From: Eutreptiella sp. 'Long Island Sound 2002'
Taxonomy: Eukaryota; Protista; Euglenida
Direction of reading: 5' to 3'
Length of the DNA stretch: 64,000 nucleotides
NCBI GenBank assembly: GCA_964036045.1
Contig: OZ038378.1
Span: forward strand, 1,240,001 to 1,304,000
The notes below the pieces were generated by a model that saw nothing but the letters and a program-made list of their open reading frames with translations, had not been told where the DNA came from and did no database searches. This document shows, piece after piece, positions 60,940 to 64,000 of this stretch. The translations under genes and the position numbers were made by a program. Within the stretch, counting starts at the first letter, position 1; each line of letters begins with the position of its first letter.

Positions 60940-61552
60940 CCTGACGCCCCCCCTTGAAATGCCCCCTCCCCAGGGGGGAGTAACTGTCACTTGGCCCATA
61001 AAGCATAGGAAATACTAGGCGCCGAAGAAAAAACTTCTTTAGGTTATACTGGAACTGCTGCAGTTTTAGTGCTCTCATTGTGTGGTGCAATCCCCCCCCC
61101 CCCTGCAACGCCTTGTGCCAAACCCCCCCTGCAACGCACTACCAGCAAGTCACACATTGGCGAGCTAGCACCCATGGCCTTGTGTGACATTCACATTGCT
61201 GGTTGTGGTGAGCACCCCCCAGCCTGGGGTCTTCGTGATGACCGCATACCGCGTACTGATCAGGCCATCAGGGGAGGACGCCATGGGCAGAAGTTGCATT
61301 CTGGACTCCCACCCAGGAAGGTGGATGCCCGCGGCAGTGCGGATGCCCGCAGTAGTACGGATACCTGCTTGTCATAGCAGAAGGTTCAAAGGCGAGAGGC
61401 CAATAGGCGCCGCTGCAGGCTAACAGAAGAGCCAACCACCAAGGCCTTGTGCCAACCCCCCCCCCCCCCCGCGCAGGGGGCGTGACCATCCCCCCCATAC
61501 GGGGGAGGGGGCGTTACGACATTGGGGGGCAGATTTCAAGGGGGGCGTCAGG
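60940..61552. mobile_element. 613-bp MITE with TA target duplication (Tc1/mariner-like signature)
   Basis: TIR CCTGACGCCCCCC(C)TTGAAAT at both ends; TA at 60938-60939 and 61553-61554. Confidence 0.85.
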
Positions 61553-64000
61553 TACTGAGCGTCCTCCGCATCCCATTTGTGATGTGGAGGGCTTGCACAT
61601 CACTCCCCTCCTTCTCCTCTTTCCCAACCTCTTCCGCCGTCCACTCCTTGGTCTGGTACTTCGGCTCCACGCCCCCCCCCCCCTGCCCCACCTCCCTTTT
61701 GGGGTCGAAGGGCTCTGCCTTCACCAGCTCCACCAGCTCCTCTTCCAAGTCCTCTATCACACATTGCAACTCCCAGGCCTGCCTCCTCCCTTCCAAAACC
61801 TTCCTTTGGTCTCTCCCGCCTTCATGTTGTCGTCATTGACCAGCATGGTCACTCCCAAGATGAGTGGCCCTACAGCCTCCCAGTTCTTTAGGATAGGCAT
61901 CCAGCCCACCCCAGCCCCCCTCGCATTCGCGTCAGTATCAACACCGACCAACACTGTGACCTAAGAGCTTGGTGACTACAGTGTGGTGGAGTGTGCTGCA
62001 CAAGCGGTAGACTAGGGAGATGCAACGACACTGAGTTCCTGTTGCAAACAGGATGGACCTGAACATAAGATCCCGACACAGGCATTGCACAAACCAGCAA
62101 GTGGGAGCCTTGCTCAAGTGCAACAAAAGGGCCTCAGCTATGGATGCCAAAGCATCTCAGGTTGCTTGCCACTGTGAGATGAGAGGAAAGAAGGGAATTT
62201 TTGCATAAGGATAGGAATGACTGTGTATGCCAAGGCAATATACGCAAACGGTATCAATCCAACCAATAGGACGGGAAAAGAAGGGAAGGACCCACGCCAC
62301 TTCGGACATCACGTTCCTCAACTGGCTGCGCATGACAGAGAAAACACAACCAACCGATTCAGCCCAAAATGGCAGCCAACACCCTGCTCCAGAGGGAGGA
62401 ACCACAACCTGCCCCATACGCACCTGGACCTGATTTCCCCAGATCTGGTGCACCCACACCCATGTATTATCCTCCCATAATCTCCTTATTTGAATTCCTT
62501 TAGGAACGGGGATATACCCACAACTCCACTTGGGGCAACGCTGGAGGTCCAGGGGGCTCATGACACAAGTGGTTGTCCATGCATGAACATGCTGCCCTTA
62601 CAATTCGGTTTGTTGCACACGTGTGTGCAGAAATCCGATGCCTAAATGGGAATTCCCGTTGTCTCGCTTCTGCGCTGGCTGCAACAGATTGTGTGGGCCA
62701 CTTGGAGCCAGCAACTGCGCACGTAGCACAGCAGCTGACTTCATAAGCCTAACCTGATTGAGAGTCCATAGTCCCAGCTCCGAACATATAGCAATGTGAC
62801 CAGCCGAGAGTGTGGAGGGGCATGTGCACAGAGAAGCGGAACACATGGCACTGCGATGCTTCGGACGCCAAGTGGACAGAATGCAATGAATCTGAGGGGC
62901 AGGTGCTGTGCGGGGCCTTGGCATATTGCCTGACCCAAGACTTTCGAGATGAAAGTGCCACCCCAGTCAGGTATCCACCGTGGGTGAGGTGAGGTGACGT
63001 TGCGTGCAATCTCCGGACGTACAGTCACCCTGCATCCCTCGCAGCGTGCCATTCGGCTCGCGGTGCCACCGGCATCCTAGCGCCTAGGAAAGCCATGCCT
63101 TCCTGCTTCCCATCCCCGGATCCCCGGGATGCGAACCATGTGCCTCCAGCTCAGGCGTCAGGTGCGTGACAGCTGAACTACGCGACCTCGTTGGGTATTG
63201 ACCGTGGGAGACCGATTTTGCCTGCCCCTTCCCAAGAGCATGCATGGTGCCATTCAAATGCTCAATTCGCTTGCTGAAAAACTCAAATAAGTACGGTGAG
63301 AAACGAGGTCCATCGAGATGAAGGGTTGTGAGGTGGTGATAGCTCCTTTTTGGCGTGGTTCGTGACCCGAAGGGAGATGTTTCGAACATTGGTCGCTTGT
63401 TTGGGCCACGATTGGTGATTATGCAGAGCGGAGGCATGCGATTGTCAAAGGAGGAACCCCATCACAAGTATGAAAGTTACTTGTCTCAAGATACTGGTCG
63501 CATCATTGTAGCACCGTAGCTTTGAAAAATGAGGGTGTACAATCAGATGAGAAGTCTACAGGGCATGCATCGCTCGACCCTTCCTCCACAGAATCACTCC
63601 CCGTGTTTTTTTGCACAAGTGGGCGTCCATGCAGTCCCTTCCGCCGACCTCCAGCGACCATGAGCCACCATCTCGCAACACCGAGGGCCAATATCTACGA
63701 AACTTTCAAAGGGTTGGGCACTTAAGGAAGGTGTGCCTTGTCTGCTTGATTGACATGAGACCGCGTTGTATGGATTCTAGTGGGCTAAGGTGCATGGCAC
63801 GGGGATGCCAAGGACCGTGCGCTGGTCGCGCCGTTGCCGTGCGTTGACCGTGCCCAGGGTGGCACACCAGCATCCAGGTTTTGTCACACCCATTGCGCGA
63901 ACCTCTCATGTTTTCTTCACTCATAACACATCCATGGCCTTTTAAGCACGATCTAGTGCGATCTCAAAATTCTTTTGCGTTTCGCGGCCTCCCATTCAAC

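Overview
Repeat-dominated eukaryotic nuclear DNA: canonical GT-AG introns, TTAGGG-type motifs, many transposon relics, and no rRNA, CRISPR array or prokaryotic operon. Several interspersed repeats (20450-21210, 53020-53340) resemble repeats I recall from euglenid (Eutreptiella-like) sequence; this is unverified. Intact coding content: an intronless secreted DUF6492/glycosyltransferase-like gene (50338-51468), an intronless sarcosine/dimethylglycine-type SAM methyltransferase with a mitochondrial-type presequence (55503-56573), and a modular SRCR/thrombospondin-1 gene built from phase-1 exons (23.2-34.2 kb), part of it duplicated or decayed. Two regions stand out. (1) 3.3-9.3 kb: a decaying minus-strand cassette encoding a PhyH-like 2OG-Fe(II) dioxygenase, a PWWP/Tudor-like domain and an AlkB-like dioxygenase, punctuated by four arrays of TTGGCGCG(CG)CCAA palindromes; in the two arrays counted the palindromes are phased at about 21 bp. 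(2) 29-38 kb: a chain of 5'-truncated modules joined by (CA)n-GGCCT arrays, centred on a Penelope-like RT whose 3' UTR holds a hammerhead-like motif and an antisense copy of the satellite unit. Also present: a degenerate tyrosine recombinase, a LINE end with RNase H, an orphan GIY-YIG, MITEs, satellites, a 2010-bp tandem repeat and a perfect 111-bp-arm palindrome. All domain calls come from reading motifs by eye; no searches were run.
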